Shown here: piece after piece, positions 47,901-64,000 of the stretch
Layout: each line of letters begins with the position of its first letter
How positions within the stretch are numbered: the stretch's first letter is position 1
NCBI GenBank assembly: GCA_964019425.1
Contig: OZ025790.1
Coordinates: 682,001 to 746,000, forward strand
DNA length: 64,000 bases
Source of the DNA: Flectonema sp. DT1601
Taxonomy: Eukaryota
Reading direction: 5' to 3'
The notes under the pieces: model-generated
What the model was told of the DNA's origin: nothing
Databases searched by the model: none
Seen by the model: only the letters and a program-made list of their open reading frames with translations
Translations under genes and position numbers: made by a program

Positions 47901-50900
47901 GGCGCCTCGTTGTCCAGGATCTGGATTCCGACATAAGGAACCGCTGCTGCCGCGAAATCCGCGTTCGCCGTCTCCACTTCATGTTGCACAGTCGTGTAGT
48001 GGAATCCTTCCACCGCCTCGTCGTCCACCGCAGTCACCGTGATCACCTCCTCACACCCGTTCGACGTCGTGAAGTCGAACGCTTCACGGGATACCTGCAC
48101 CTGTGCCGAGTCGTACACAAGCTTCATCCTCACAGCCGTCGACACGCACGGACGCATCAGCATCGTGTACGAAGCCGTCTTCCCCACCGTTCCCAATCCC
48201 GTCTCCGACACCCGCATTCCACCATCCATCCCCTCAATCAGGTAGAACTCGAATTCTTCGCTGTCCAGGATGCTGAACTGAACCATCGGCACAATCAAGT
48301 TGTCGTACTCGCTTCCCCCGTTAAACTGCGCCACCGTGTGCGCGATTGCGATCGCTTCCTTCCCTTCCTTCACGTTGTCATCTTCCACGCTCACCGTCAC
48401 CGTTTTCACATCCTTCCAACGGTTCCCATTCTTCTCGAACGTCAGAGACTGCGGCGTCACGAACACGTTCTTCGATCCCACCAGCTGCGACGGCGGGGTC
48501 GGTGCCACCACCGTGATCGTCACGTCCGCCGAAGGCGGATGCACCATCCGGATGGTGTACGTTCCTTGCGTTCCCTTCCCCTCGATCATCACTTGCATCC
48601 CGTCCGTGTTGAAAACCATGCTCGGCGTGTCTTCGTCCGCCACGTTCGCCGAAACCCCGTGGGCCTCCATCCCGTTGTACGATGCATCCGTCGCACTCGT
48701 CACCATGTTGTTCACCACCCCGCTGTGTCCCCTCAGGTCGTTGCTAACTACATACGACGATTCGTGCGGCGTGATGATCACGTCGTCGCTCCCAAGACCG
48801 GTGTACACGCTCGTCGATACTTGCTCATCCGTGCTCATCACGTAAACCGTGTCGTCTCCCGCCAACGTCGCCACTTCCACGCTCTCGATTCCGACGAACG
48901 TCACGAACAACCCAGCCCCGTAGATTCCGTTCCGCGTCACCACGAACGTGTCCGGATACTCGGTACCGATCACCACCAGCGTGTCGAATCCCGGACCTCC
49001 GTCGATCGCAACCGGCGCGTTCACCGCGTACATCACCACATCTTGACCTTCACCCGTGTCTACCGTGGTCTCCTTGATTTCGGGGTCAGGCTTCTCCGGC
49101 GTCAAAGAATCCCACAACGCGAACGCACGGATCGTGAACCTGTCGTCGTCGGCTCCACCACGCAACGCCAGCGTCGCAATGTTTCTCATCACGATGAACG
49201 TGTCATCTCCGGACTCTCCGTTCGCGTTGATGTGAAAGTGGTTCCCCGACGACAGGTATCCTTCCGTCGTCTTCGCCGTCGTGAACACGTCCGACACACC
49301 GGGAATGTGCACCGAGTCACGCTCCGCGTTGTACAGCTGTCCGAACAAGAACTGATCGTTCCCCTCTCCACCGTTCAGCGTCATGATTCCCGCGTTGTCG
49401 TCACACGCATACGTATCGTCTCCCTTCAAACCGTTGATGGTAATCCCCGCGTTGATCCCACGGTCCATGTCCACACGCTCCGCTGCTGCTCCCCCGCCGT
49501 GGATGTTGGCGATGAAGTTTGCTCGGATCAGGAAGTTGTCGTCTCCCGGCGTCCCGTTCATCTCCAGCGTGTTCAGCTCCGACGGGTCATGCACCAAGTA
49601 CCCGCTGTCCGTGATGCTCACGAACGACGCTCCAGTTCCGGCGAACCCGACGCTGATCGTGTCGTTTCCACGCTCACCATCGATGTACAGCGGCGCCAGC
49701 AGCGGATTGATCGCCGACCCCTCCGGATTCGTCGCCGGAGGCACCGTGATCACGTCTGCTCCGTTCCCTCCGTTCACGTAAGTCGTCCCACTCGTCCCCT
49801 CCACCGTCAAGTGGTCTACCCCGTTTCCTCCCTGCACCGTCACCAACCCGCGGTGTGTCCCTGCCACCGTGAAAACGTTCTTCGAACCCTCCGGGATCGT
49901 CACCGGCAGCTTCACAATCAGCTCCCCCAGCGCCGCGAACTCGATCCCGGGACCAGACATCCCGAGTCCACTCACCACTTGAGACGTCATCCGTCCACTG
50001 TTCCCCGAGGTATCCGCCGAGTCATCGATCGTCAGCTTCGCAACCCTGGTCTGACTGTCTCCTTCGACCATCACCAGCGAACGGATCTTCTCGACCGTTC
50101 CGTCTCCGATCGTCACGTGGTCACCACCTCCAGCCGTCACCACTTCCACGTCCGTCGTCGCCAGCGTCTCGATCACCCTGAACGTGTCTCCGTTCTTTCC
50201 CAGCTGCACAACAACCAGCTCGAACCCAGAGTACGACACCGGGATCAGCATCCCCAGTCCGTTCACCGTCGTCGGTCCCAGGCTTCCACCGACGCTTCCC
50301 GAGCTCGACGGCACCGTTATCCGCAGCGTGTCTCGGTCGTTTCCTCCCTTCACCACCAGCGTACCCTTCACCTCCCCCGGGTTTGTTACTTCGAACTCGT
50401 TGTTTCCGTCAGCCCCCTCGATCGTCAGCGTCGTCCCGCTCGCCACCCCAGTCACAGTCACCTTCCCCGCATCCGCAGGCAACAGCACATTCACATTCCG
50501 CGCGTTGAAATTCAGCACCAGCTCCCCCATCGCAAACCCACTCAACCCGCTCGACCCAATTGTTCCATCCGCGAGCACTCCTTGGTGGGACGTGTAGTCG
50601 ATCACGATCGTGTCTGCTCCTTGACCGCATACCAAGTTTCCACCAGACATCGGGTTCTGCAGGTAGATGTGATCCGTTTGCAGTCCGCAGTTCCCGCTGT
50701 ATGAAGAAACCTGTTCGAACTCCGTCGTCAGCTGATCTTCCCGGGCTTCTCCCTTCACAAACACCACCTCCACCGTCTCCAGCCCCGGTTCTCCGTTGAT
50801 GTGTCGGATCTGGAACGTCTCACCGTTGTCAGACGTGTCTCCACTCACTCGCTTTCCCGCATCTGGTCCCATGTGCAGCGCCAAGTTTCCGCTGTCGATG

Positions 50901-53900
50901 TGCGCCAGGATCGGCTGCGGTGGAGGCGACGTGTCGATGTCGATCAGGCACGCCGAAATCGATAGCTCCGGGTTCGTCTTCTCCCACCTTCCCCGAGGGT
51001 AGCAGTACACCCATCCACACTTCCAGTTCACGAACGGATTGAAGATCTCCGCGTAGATGCTCGCCCCGGCGCAGAACTTTGCCTTGAGATTGAACAGCTT
51101 GAAGAAGTTTTCCTTGATGATCGCCCAAATCTCCCCCAAACGAATCTTTCCGTCACCGTTCGGGTCGTACAAGTCGATCGAAGCTTCGAAGCTCACGAAA
51201 CCCGACGCACGCACGCGCACCAGACCCAGGTTGATACTCGCACTCACCCGGATCCCTCCCGATGCCGCCAGCTCCAACGTGTCTTCTCCCGGCGTCTCCG
51301 TGTCCGAGATGAAGAATCCGTTCAGCGCCAGCAGCGGCTTCTTCCGCTCGATAGCCTCCCGGATCCCGGACGTGTCGTACCCGGCCTGCAGCCTTGCGCT
51401 CACCTTGAATTCTCCGTAGAAGTTGATCGCCAGCACGAAGAAGTCGATCCCGAAGTCCACGATCACTTCGATCTCCATCTTCGGCGAGTTCAACGTAATG
51501 AGATCCACGTCCTCTCCCGTGATCAGCCCCAACGCCCCGCTCGGTGACAAGAACGGGTACTGCCACATCGCCTCCGAGTCCGTCAGCCTCTTCAGCAGCT
51601 TCTGCATTCCACCCCCGCCCGTGTCCTTTCCGATGTCCCCGGTGCTCTTGGTCTGCGTCGACGGCTTGGTCTTCGAGCTCGGCGATGTCGCCAACACGTC
51701 CCATTCGCGTCCCGTTCCCTCGAATGTTCCCGGGTTCGGTCCGGTGAACACGAACGGCACAATGTACGGTCCGATCTTTTCCAACTCGAAGTCTCCGAAG
51801 TTCAACTTGAACGAATCGATTGGAGGGTTTCGGTTCAGCTGCTCCTCCACCTGTTTCACGAGGTCCACGATTAACTGAATCAGTTCAACAATCTCCGTGA
51901 TCACTCCGAGGTAAGCTGCAATGTTCTTAACTGATCCACGAACCGGACCACCAGACCCAAGCAGTCCGTTGATCAGCAGTTCCGGCAATTCCAAGATGGT
52001 GACCGACCGTCCCGCGATGTCCGAGATCACCGGCAGCCTCACCTGCAGGGCGTCCAACACCGGCTGGATTGGCTCCACCAGTTCTGCCAACTTTCCGAAG
52101 ATTGGCTGCAGCAGCGTCGTGATGATCTTTCCCATGTCCAGCGACACGTCGAACAGAAGCACCCGGGGCAGCGGAATTGCGCGGGGCTTCTTCAGCGACT
52201 TCGACTGGTACTTCTTCGGCAAGTCCTTCTTCCCCGATTGAGCTGGAAGGGCTGCCGATGACTTCTTCCCCTTCGTGAAAGCTCCAGAGATCGTCCATTC
52301 GATGTACGCCCCGCAAGACAAACTCGGCAATCCGGGGATCACGGATTCCAGGATTCCGAACCGGAGGTCCATTTCCGCCAACGCCGTGAATTCGTACTCC
52401 AAACTCAAAAGCGACAGTCCACCCTTTTTCAGCTCCTTCAGCGTTAGGTAATTGTCCGTGTTCACGTCCAACACGTCCAAGTAGATTGCTCCAATCAATC
52501 CCGTCGCACCCTCGCCATCCGGGTAGTCTCTTCCGTTCATCTCGATGTTCATGATGAACAAGTCTCCCGCTGCTCTCAGGTTCGGGAACGTCAGCGCAGC
52601 GAACACCGTCAGCTCTTTTCCGTCTACGTTCAGGTAGAATCCCTTCTTCACACTCATACCGAACTTCAAGTTGAACCTCCACCCGATTACGAATTTCAGG
52701 TCCGACGACAGTTCGAACCCGAGCGGGAACTCGTCCAATCCGAACCCGATGTCGAACCCAGCTCCCACTTCCCAACTCATACCGATGTTCAAGTTCCACT
52801 CGATCGCGTCTGCTTCCGACAGGTCTGCTCCGTCAACCAACGCGTAGTTCTCGTCCAGCACCTCGGGCATCACGTTCCCGTCCTTGTGACGCACAGTCAC
52901 CTCGATCGCTTTCCAATCCGACGCTGGGTCGTAAGGGTCTGCCGCTTCCAGCAGGATCCCCAGCTCATCGTGGAACAGCAGTCCCATCAACTTCGCAAGC
53001 ACCTGAGCCACGTTCAGTTTCTGCCCCGGTTCGTCCTTCGCCAATGCGTCCAGCCCGTTCGTCATCGTGTTCACCAGCCCCGTTCGGAAAGACGAGATGA
53101 AGCTCGTGTCCAGCGCGTCCCGAACTTTCTCCCCGAGCATCGGAAGCAGCAGCTTCTTCAGGATACCCGCCCCACCGGTGATGATCTTGTCCAGCAGGGC
53201 CAACACCGAATCGATTCCATTGATGATCGTCTGGCTGTCGGTCAGCATTACCTCAACCGGGCTGATGCTGAACTTACCCGACAGCAGCTTCAGCACGTCC
53301 AGTCCCGTCACCGTCACCGAACCTGGAGTGCGGCTCAAGAACGCATCCAGCGACTCAATCTTGAACCCGATCTCCCCGAAACCGTCGATTGGCAGCGAAG
53401 CTTGCACCCCTCCCGTCAATCCCTGCGTCGCTTTGAAGTCCGCCAAGATTGCCGAGAACGCTCCGCTCTCCAGTGCGTGATTCTGGCTCAAACCGAACCG
53501 GTACTGCACCGGCACGTCCGCGATTCCAACCTCCGCCTTCGCACCTGAGATCGAGATGTCGAACGGACCGAGAGACGCCGCGAAGCTGAATTCTCCCTTC
53601 GCCAACAGCTGCAACGTCAACCCCGTCTCCTTGTTGAGCGACAGCTTCGGCGTCTTTTCCAGCGTCACCTCCAGAGCCAGCACCAGCTCCGCCGAGGCCG
53701 AGAACGAGAACACCGACTCCAAACTAGCCGATGCGTCCACAAGCGACGTCAACGAATCCAAACCCACCTCGTCCAGGGCGTCGCTGTTCTGGATCAGCTC
53801 CGCCAGCGACACGTCGAACCTCAGCTCCTTCGAATACCCAAGCGCCTTCGTCAGGGATACCTGGATCGAGCTCGGTGCCCCTCCCATCCCCTCCACGTAT

Positions 53901-56900
53901 GTGAAAGTCAGCAGCGACGGGTCCAGTCCCAGCTTGTCTTCGATCAGCTCTTCCAACCGCTTGATGCTCCCTCCGAGGTCGCTTGCGATCGACTCGATCT
54001 CCCGCAGCACGACCTGCACCGGGTCCAAGATCTCGTTCGGTGTGAACGACAAGAACGGAATCTCCATGTCCAAAATCGCCAAGTCTCCAATCAGACCCGA
54101 ATCCCCGAACTTTCCCGCAACAATCGTCGGCACCCCGTCCACCAGGGTTTCCGGAGGCCCGAACACCAGCTCCACCGCGTCCGCAATCAACCCGATGATC
54201 TGTCCCAAGTCCATGTTCTTGATGTCCGACAGGTTCGGGAACGACGGCACGTCCACGGTCACCAAGAAGTCCGAACCTGTTGGCAGAGACGACGTGAAGC
54301 CTTTCTGCAGCGGCAGCACGAACTCAGGGAGCTCCACCTTGATCCCACCCGCCGTCAGGCTCAGTACCCCCGGAACTTCGATCGACACCGTTCCCTCGGG
54401 AAGCGTGAAAGCTCCCGAGAGCTTCGCCGTCGCCGTCACCAGAGAGAACCGCGTGTCCGCGTCACCGAGCGCCTCACGAAGCGCAGCCAACGTCGTCTTC
54501 TCCGTCAGGCTCCCCAGCACCACGTCCAACTCGGCCCGCACGAACCCGCTCCCGCCGTCCGCCACCGCCGCCAACACCGCAACGTTTGCCAGGAATCCGA
54601 AGTCGGTCGCGTCCAGCTGCAAAGCCCCCACGAAATGCAACCCCCTCACCAGCGGCGCAAACGTCTTGGCCCGCGAGCTCTCGCTCTTCATTCCTCCCAC
54701 GTTCTTGAACTCCTCCGTCACCTCAGTCTCAAACTTCCTCACTCCCGTCGTCGTCACCGTGTACGACTTCTGTTCCGTGTACTGGATCACCGTAATCTTC
54801 TTTCCTCCACTCAGTTGCGCGTCCACCGTCGCCACCTGCTTCGTCAGCTCCTCCACGAGCTTCTTCCCCGAATCCAGAGTCACCGAGTACCGCACCTTGT
54901 CCAACACGAAAACGCAACCCATCCCGCTCGTCGTCGTTGCCTCCAGCCCCCCCGCAGGCGCCCCGATGATCGACAGGTCACCCGCCGACATCCCGAGACG
55001 CGCCCCGAAGTCGAACGACAAGTCGAAAGTCGTGCTCAGAGCCAGGTTCGCCGACGCCTCCACGTCCAACAACGGATCCACTTCCGCCCCAAACCGCAGG
55101 TTCACCGTCGGGGTCGGCAGCGACAGTTGCGGAAGTGCCACGTTGAACATGACATCCCACTGCTGCGTCACCGCATCCTGCTCCAGGGTTACCTTCACCA
55201 CCGTAGGTGCAAGCGCTTCCGACAAGATCGCGCTCAGAGCGTCAGCCGTGCTGAACGACGGTTCGCGTGCCACGTTCACGACCGTCCCGTCCTCAATCCC
55301 GAGCACCTTCACAGGCTTTCCGAGCATCTCCTCGTACTTCGTGTTCCCCGTCTTCAGAAGGGTCACTCGGAACCCGAGAACCGAAGCCTCAATCTCCTCG
55401 GTCGTGCACACCCGAATCCCCTCCGTCCCGTCATCCCTTGCCGCCACGGTGATCGATGATCCCAATCCAGCAGCGTTTACCGCCTCCGCCACCCTCGCTG
55501 CCACTCCAGCGGTCGTCGTCTCCGCCTGGATCGCCGCGTAGTCCAGCTCAATCAGCGTCACGTACTGCTGGTTGATTTCGATCTCGAACGTCCGGAACGT
55601 AAGCGCCTCTTGGAACGCTGCGTTGTCCGCTCCCGCCCAGCCTGGCAGCATCTCACTCTCGTAGCACAGCGACAGCGTCTGGCGATCCTTCGGTGCCTGC
55701 GCCGCCGTCATAACCGAAACCAGCTTCTCCGTGATCGAATCTGCGAAGTCGATCGCATTTCCGAGCGACAAGTCTATCAGAGGCAGCGTCACGTTGAAAA
55801 CTGGCGAACTCGCGTATTCTTGCAATCCATTGATCACCGTGTTCACGATCTGCACCACGTCAAGCGGCGACAAACCCCGAAAGTTCAGCAGCTGGTCCAT
55901 GTTGTGGTGCGCAATCGTCAGTCCCCCCGGGGTGAAGATGTCCGGCAAATCCACCGTTACCCGCGGTCTTAGGTCCTCTCCCCCCATTCCCACATTGTTG
56001 CTCCCGCTCAGATCCGTCTCCCCGATCGTCGCCTTGAACGGAATCTCAGCCTTCACGTGACCACTCTTCGTGATTACCATCGCATCTCCGCTGATCTGCG
56101 TGATGGCAACGTGGTTTCCCCCGGAAAGCGCTCCCTCGAACCGCATCGCGATGCTACCCGACCCCCCGTCAATCGCAGCGCCGAGCACCCCCACCGTCAC
56201 AGTCGCCTCCAGCCCACTGTTCAACGACAGGTCCAGCACAAAGTCATCGAACGCGATCGACACGTCGTTTGCCGACACCGACGACAGCCCACCCGACAGG
56301 TCGATGCGCAGCTCGAATCGGAACCCAAGCGTCGCCTTCGCCGCAAACGTGTTCACCCCGCTGAACTCGAAAAGCTCTTCGTCGATCAGGTCCTGCAGCT
56401 TCGGCGTGATCTCCATGTCAAGCAGCCCGTTTACGAGAAACGAAAGCTCGAACACGTCCCCGTTCCGCCCTCCCGAAACCAATGCGAACGGCACGTTGTT
56501 CTGCGGTTTGAAGATCAGCTCGACCATCGCCAAAAGCTTCTCCTGGTACATCGTGATCACCTCACGCGCCCCGGGGCACACCGGTGACCCCTCGCTCGCC
56601 TTGCACGTTGCCGAGTATTTCTCGTCCACCAACTTCGTCAGCTCCGCATCCCAGATCAAGAAATCTCCGAACGTCGTCGAGTTCTCCCCCGTCGCCAACA
56701 TCCCGTTCAGCGAACGGTCCAGCAACGGAATGTTCGTGTTCAACGCTTCCAACGAGTTCAGTTTCTCCCCGACACTTGCCACCGCCCCGAGACCCGATTT
56801 CAGCGCGTCCACGATCTGCGGAGTCAGGGCCACGTCTACCTGGAATTTAGGTCCCGTTGCATCGAACAAGTTGCGATCCACAATGTCCAGCGTCACCAGA

Positions 56901-59900
56901 ACAGATTCCACTCGGATCGGCAACGATGCCTCCAAACTTCCCTGCAGGACTAGCGAATCTTTCAGAGGCTGCACGTCGAACGACACCGCTGGCGACGCCG
57001 TCTGATCGAACAAAGTTACAGGTCCCGCCGCCGTGGCCGTCGAGTTTACTCCGAACCCGAGAAGCAGGTTTCCGCTTTCCAACGTAAGGTCGATCGCCCC
57101 GAACGAAAGAGTCTCCACGTAGTCCGTCAGGTTCGCCCTCACCGCGAAGAAGAAATCCGTCACACGTGTGTAAGCCAGGGGCGCTGACTTTGTTTCGATC
57201 AGCGGCTTCAGGTTCAGCCCCGCCGTCACCCCGACCCGAAACTCCGCTCCGAACGAGAGAGCCGTCGATAGGTCTCCAAGCGCTCCCAACGTCTCCATCG
57301 CCACGCTGTCGAACGCTGGATTATCCGCAACTCCGTCCAGCAGCTTAGTCAGTGCATCCGCAAGCGCCGTCACCAGCTCCGCAGTGGTCGCTTCCGCCCC
57401 GAAATCCAGCAGCAGGTCTACCACCACACACATGTCCCCCTCGGTGTTCGTCTCGAGACCTCCGTTCACCGACAGCGGCCCAACCGACACCCCGACAGTC
57501 AGTCCGCTCCCGAACACGCGCTTCTTCAGATAGTTCACGAACCCACCGATGCTCGGGTTACGTCCAAACAGGTTCGCCAAGTCATCAACGGTGATCGAAA
57601 CTGCCGAAGATCCGAACAGTGCGCTTCCCACCTGCGGAAGGTAGTTTTTCCAGTCGAAGATTTCCCCGGTGCTCGGGTCAAGGTGAAACCCCTCCACCGT
57701 CAACACGCTGAACTTGCTCTCACCGATCAGCACCAACATCGCACTCTGGAAGTCGGTACTCGTCCCAAGGGCCTCCCCGACGCTCAGCAGATCCCCGAGG
57801 CTTCCCAGAGTGAACGACCCCGCGCTCACAGAAGGTGCCAACGCAACACGAAGCTCCGTCAGGTAATCCACTGGGTTGAATCTCACACTTCCCACCGTCA
57901 CCGGGAACCCTGAAGCGTCCACCGATCCAAACAGATTCCTCACCGCGTCCGGAAGTTCCCTCAGCAGCGCCTGCGCCATGCGCTTCGTCATACCGAAGTC
58001 CGGGTGCAGCGACAACAGCCGTCCAACCTCTCCGACGCTCAGCGCACCCGTCGAAACAGATCCCGTCGACAACCCAGTGAAGTACGCTCTGAAATACGTT
58101 GGGAAGCTGAACAGACTAAAATACTCGTCCGCAGAGGGGTCATGGAGCCCCGAGTTGAATCGTCCGAACACCGCTCCCCACTTCCCCTGAAACACCACCA
58201 GAATCTTCGCGTTCGTCGCGTCCAATTTCGCCCCCACGTCCAGAGACGACAGCGCCCCGGCAACCTCCAGAGACAGACCTCCAGCCAACCCATTCGCCAG
58301 CTGACGGAACTTGATTAGCAATTCCAGGTAGTCCCCCAAGTTCTTCGCGATGTCGAATTTCCCCTTGAAAGACGACAGAAGCCCCTCGATCTGTGACAAC
58401 CCCGGGATCGATGACAACCCCGACACGTCGAGACCCCCAATCCCCTCAATCAGGCTCGTCAGCTTCTCCGGCAGCTCCGAGAACGTGTTCGTCGACAATC
58501 CCGTGTGTCCGACCCCTTCCCCGACACCGTTCGGAAGGCTCGGAATGAAAGCCGACAAGTCCATATCCAGAGAGAATTTCGGAAATCCCCCCGCGAACAG
58601 ATTCTCGTTGTGGTACTCGATGATGGGGATCAGGTTCGCGTCCCCGCTGAACAGTCCCACGTCCAGCTCGATTGGCAGGATCACATCCACCGATGCGTAA
58701 GGAGTAATCGACAGTTGCGACAGAAACTCTTTCATCCCATTAACACCTCCGGACCGCAGCTTGAACAGCGAAGCCTCCAAGTACGGAGTCAGCTCACCTT
58801 CCGCTACCGCAGCTCCAAAGTTCGACTTGAACCCAGCACCCAGAGCGAAAGACCCCTCGCTGATCGCAACCGTGAACACGTCTCCCCCGAAAGACAAGCT
58901 GAAGTCCACCGGGTCCACCACGATCGCTGCCCCTGCGGACAAATCGTTCACCCGAATCACGGAATTCACCGCGATCTTCTCTCCCGACAGCGCCCCGTCG
59001 TTCACGAACTTCGTGTTCACCGCGAGCGTCACGTCAACGACCACCTGCGCTTCGAACTTCACCTCTGCCGACAGGCTCGGTGCCGCTACATCCCCCTGCG
59101 ACTGTCCCAGCAGGTCGAACAGCGGACCCAGGTCCTTGATGTGCGAAAGCATCCCGTCGATGGTCGCCCCAAAAGATCCCACAGACTCACTAGCTGAAGC
59201 CTCCAACCGCATGTTCAGCCGCACCTCGTTCGACTCCGGGAACCAACCCCCGCTCAGCGTCAACCCGCCCCCTGCGGCATAGTCCAGCGACGCCCCGTTT
59301 GTCGGCGTCATCAACCGATCCTTGATGTGGGCCATCAGCCCGCGGAACGTGTGCGACCCCGACAGCCCGAAGTACGCCTCCGCCACGGTCTCCAACTTCA
59401 GCAGCTCTCCCACTCCGTTGAACAGCGTAGACGAGTCCAATCCCTCGATGTTCAGCCCGCCGTCCCACCCGAATTTACCAAAATCAATGTTTGCAAGCTG
59501 CCCCAGCTGTCCCAAGATCGTCTCTTTCAGTGGATCGATGTCCGCATCTACCGAGAAAACCAGCGCCACTCCATCGAAGATGTTCTCATCCGACAAACTC
59601 AGAACAGGCGACGGCAGCTGCCCGACGATCGGCGTCGTTACCCCAACCGTGAACACTCCCTCGAAACCTCCGCTCGGACTTCCCACAGAAATCTCCTGCA
59701 CCCGCGTCAAGAAGTTTGTCACGTCGTCCGACGGAAAGTAAATCGGAACTTCCGCATTCGAGATCGTCGCCGTCCCAGCAAGGCTCACCATCCCACTCAC
59801 TCCGGTCCAAGCCACCTCCTCTCCAGCATCTACCGACCCACTCAGAGAGATCGTTACCTTCGAAGCACCAATCGAGATCGTCGCCTTCTCCGACGGAGAC

Positions 59901-60436
59901 GTCACCGAGTTCGGAATCTTCAGCGTCACCGTCGACGAGAAACCACCGGTTCCGGTCAAACTCAGCCCCCCACCCACCTTGAACGCAATCCCCAGCTTCT
60001 GCAGGTCAGCTGCCGGAAGTGATCCAAGACTACCGGAAAGGGTGACCGCTTCTTCCAGAGCCACCGTCATCGAGATCGTCAGCTCATCTGTCACCGTGTC
60101 GTGCGTGCACGCCGCTGCGATCTGGCTTCCAAGGGCCGTATTCACCACGTCGAATGCCGTCTCGTTCACCGTGTTCAGCGTGGTAGTCAGATCCGCTGCG
60201 AACTTTGGCAGACCCATCGAACCTAAATCCTTGTTTGCTCCCGGAATTAAGTTTGAGAATTGGGTCAGTTTGCCTTCGATCGAAGCAGATGCGACCTTCA
60301 CTGCGTCCAGTGCGTCTAAGATATGCTGCTGATACGCAGCTGCCACGTCTACACATGGTTCCATTAAACCGTTTGTAGGTGTTGCTGACAACATCGCACT
60401 TATCGCCATCATCATTATCGACGATCGCGTACTCAT
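35997..60436 (-). CDS. Giant RTX/hemolysin-type Ca2+-binding repeat protein, probably secreted, ~8,056 aa, 3 exons: 60436-36904, 36719-36495, 36409-35997
   Basis: The 7854-aa ORF has many GGxGxD nonapeptides, Calx-beta/Ig-like segments and a signal-like N-terminus. Its apparent end (GMFLLTFCVK*) reads through a GTATGT donor at 36903. Splicing two GT-AG introns keeps the frame open through RTX-like motifs (DIINGGNGADVL, EIIGGEGSDV) to TAA at 35997. Exon sum 23533+225+413=24171 nt = 8057 codons including the stop. Confidence 0.9.
36410..36494 (-). other. Spliceosomal intron 2 (85 bp, phase 1) of the giant RTX gene
   Basis: Minus strand GCAG|GTATGT...CAACTCACAG|GAATCGTT; removal puts exon 2 in frame with the ORF at 36302-35997 (MIDISRDDH...). 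Confidence 0.85.
36720..36903 (-). other. Spliceosomal intron 1 (184 bp, phase 1) of the giant RTX gene
   Basis: Minus strand AAGG|GTATGT...TTAAAAACAG|GTCACCACCAT; removal joins YNDK-G-HHHEYTSWWHHH in frame. Confidence 0.85.
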
Positions 60437-60554
60437 TTTTTTAGCAGCTGAGAGTTGTTTCTAGCTGCTCTTATTCTTTGATTACCCTTTTCTTTTATTT
60501 GATGGGTAACTTGTATAACTGAACGAGAGAATGAGAATAAGTAATATAAAAAAA

Positions 60555-60651
60555 AACAATACAATACACTACACTACACTACACTACACTACACTACACA
60601 GCACAACGCAACACAACACAACACAACACAACACAACAAAACAAAACACAA
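60555..60651. repeat. Compound pentamer microsatellite, copy C
   Basis: Same array; 7 TACAC units versus 6 in A and B. Confidence 0.9.
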
Positions 60652-61197
60652 AAAGGAACGATGTCGTAGATCAAGTCTTCCCCTATTTACCAACAGAATA
60701 GAGTCACGCAATTAGATTAATTCACATTAGAGTGTTGTGGTAGCCTGCATTAACATAAATAAAATACACAAATACGTCTGTGCGAACATTACAACACTCC
60801 CATCTCCCAACAACAGGAAACAAGAAGAAGATACACAACAAGGAAAACGAGGCACAGCTCAACACACGGAAAACGTCGAAACACTGAATGCAACACGATC
60901 CAGCATTTCGAGAAAAAAAAGGAAGTTTTTTTTTAATTCAGTTTGTGTGTCATATAAACAACATGACACAGCGGAGAGGAAGAAACTGCTGCGTTCTGAT
61001 TGTCTGGTCGAAAGCTACCAAGCAATTCAGCACAGCATACGAAGCTTACACAGTTAACAACTGGATTGCTACCAGACATATTCGTTGTCGGGAGAGCGTT
61101 TAAAATGGAACAAATAGTGTTTTTTTTTCTCTTTACTGTTAATTTTTAAATTTTTCTTTTTTTTTTTTTTTTTTTTTTCAGAGAAAAGCAATACTTT

Positions 61198-63454
<2,257 letters not shown>

Positions 63455-64000
63455 TTAAAGTAGAAATAACTGAATCGGGGAGAGAGAGAGAGAGAGAGGA
63501 AAGAAATAATAAATATTAATAAAATAAAATAAAACAAAATACAACTTTATATCGATCCAGGAGGGACAAGTCAAGCGGAAGCTCCAGTGAAAGTCTGTAA
63601 ACTCGCTCTCTAAAACTCGACAACCCCAATGTCGGTGGCAGTCTTCATTTTTTAGAACATCCTGAGAAATAACTGAAATAACAAGTAAAGGAAACAATAA
63701 ATATCATATTAACACGTTAAGTCCCCTCTTCTTCTGAGATTCAAAACAACAATAAGTTAGTAGTGAAATAGTTAATATCGAGACGGAGTAGAAATTTAAT
63801 TTCGACGACGGAGTGGAACAGAAGATTAAAAACAAGTCGGAAGCCTCAGTGAATGACAAGGTAGTTGAATACAACATTTATTAATACAAATCAAACCGTC
63901 GGATGGAATGCTGCAATCAGTAAACAGTCACAGTCACTCCCCTCGGGGATCAAACAAATAGTCGAATCAATTCACAGGAATACATCTATGCTCGGACTTT

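Overview
This is eukaryotic DNA, most likely from a euglenozoan protist such as a diplonemid. That assignment is inferred from a cruzipain-type protease, GT-AG cis introns, uniform gene orientation and polypyrimidine/AG acceptors just before the start codons. All genes lie on the minus strand in a near-identical ~30.7-kb tandem unit. Each unit pairs a cathepsin L/cruzipain-like cysteine protease with a giant bacterial-style RTX (GGxGxD) Ca2+-binding protein. The complete giant gene (60436->35997) is longer than the ORF track shows: a 23.5-kb first exon plus two small 3' exons give ~8,056 aa. A second copy runs off the left edge (19208->1). A third copy is cut at codon 424 by a 6.5-kb patchwork of a degenerate APE-RT non-LTR retrotransposon (22008-28472). 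That element has an unusual triple Cys/His repeat and is capped at both ends by internal fragments of related copies. The third protease copy is interrupted by an 890-bp non-coding insertion with a 20-bp direct repeat. The many plus-strand ORFs are antisense shadows.
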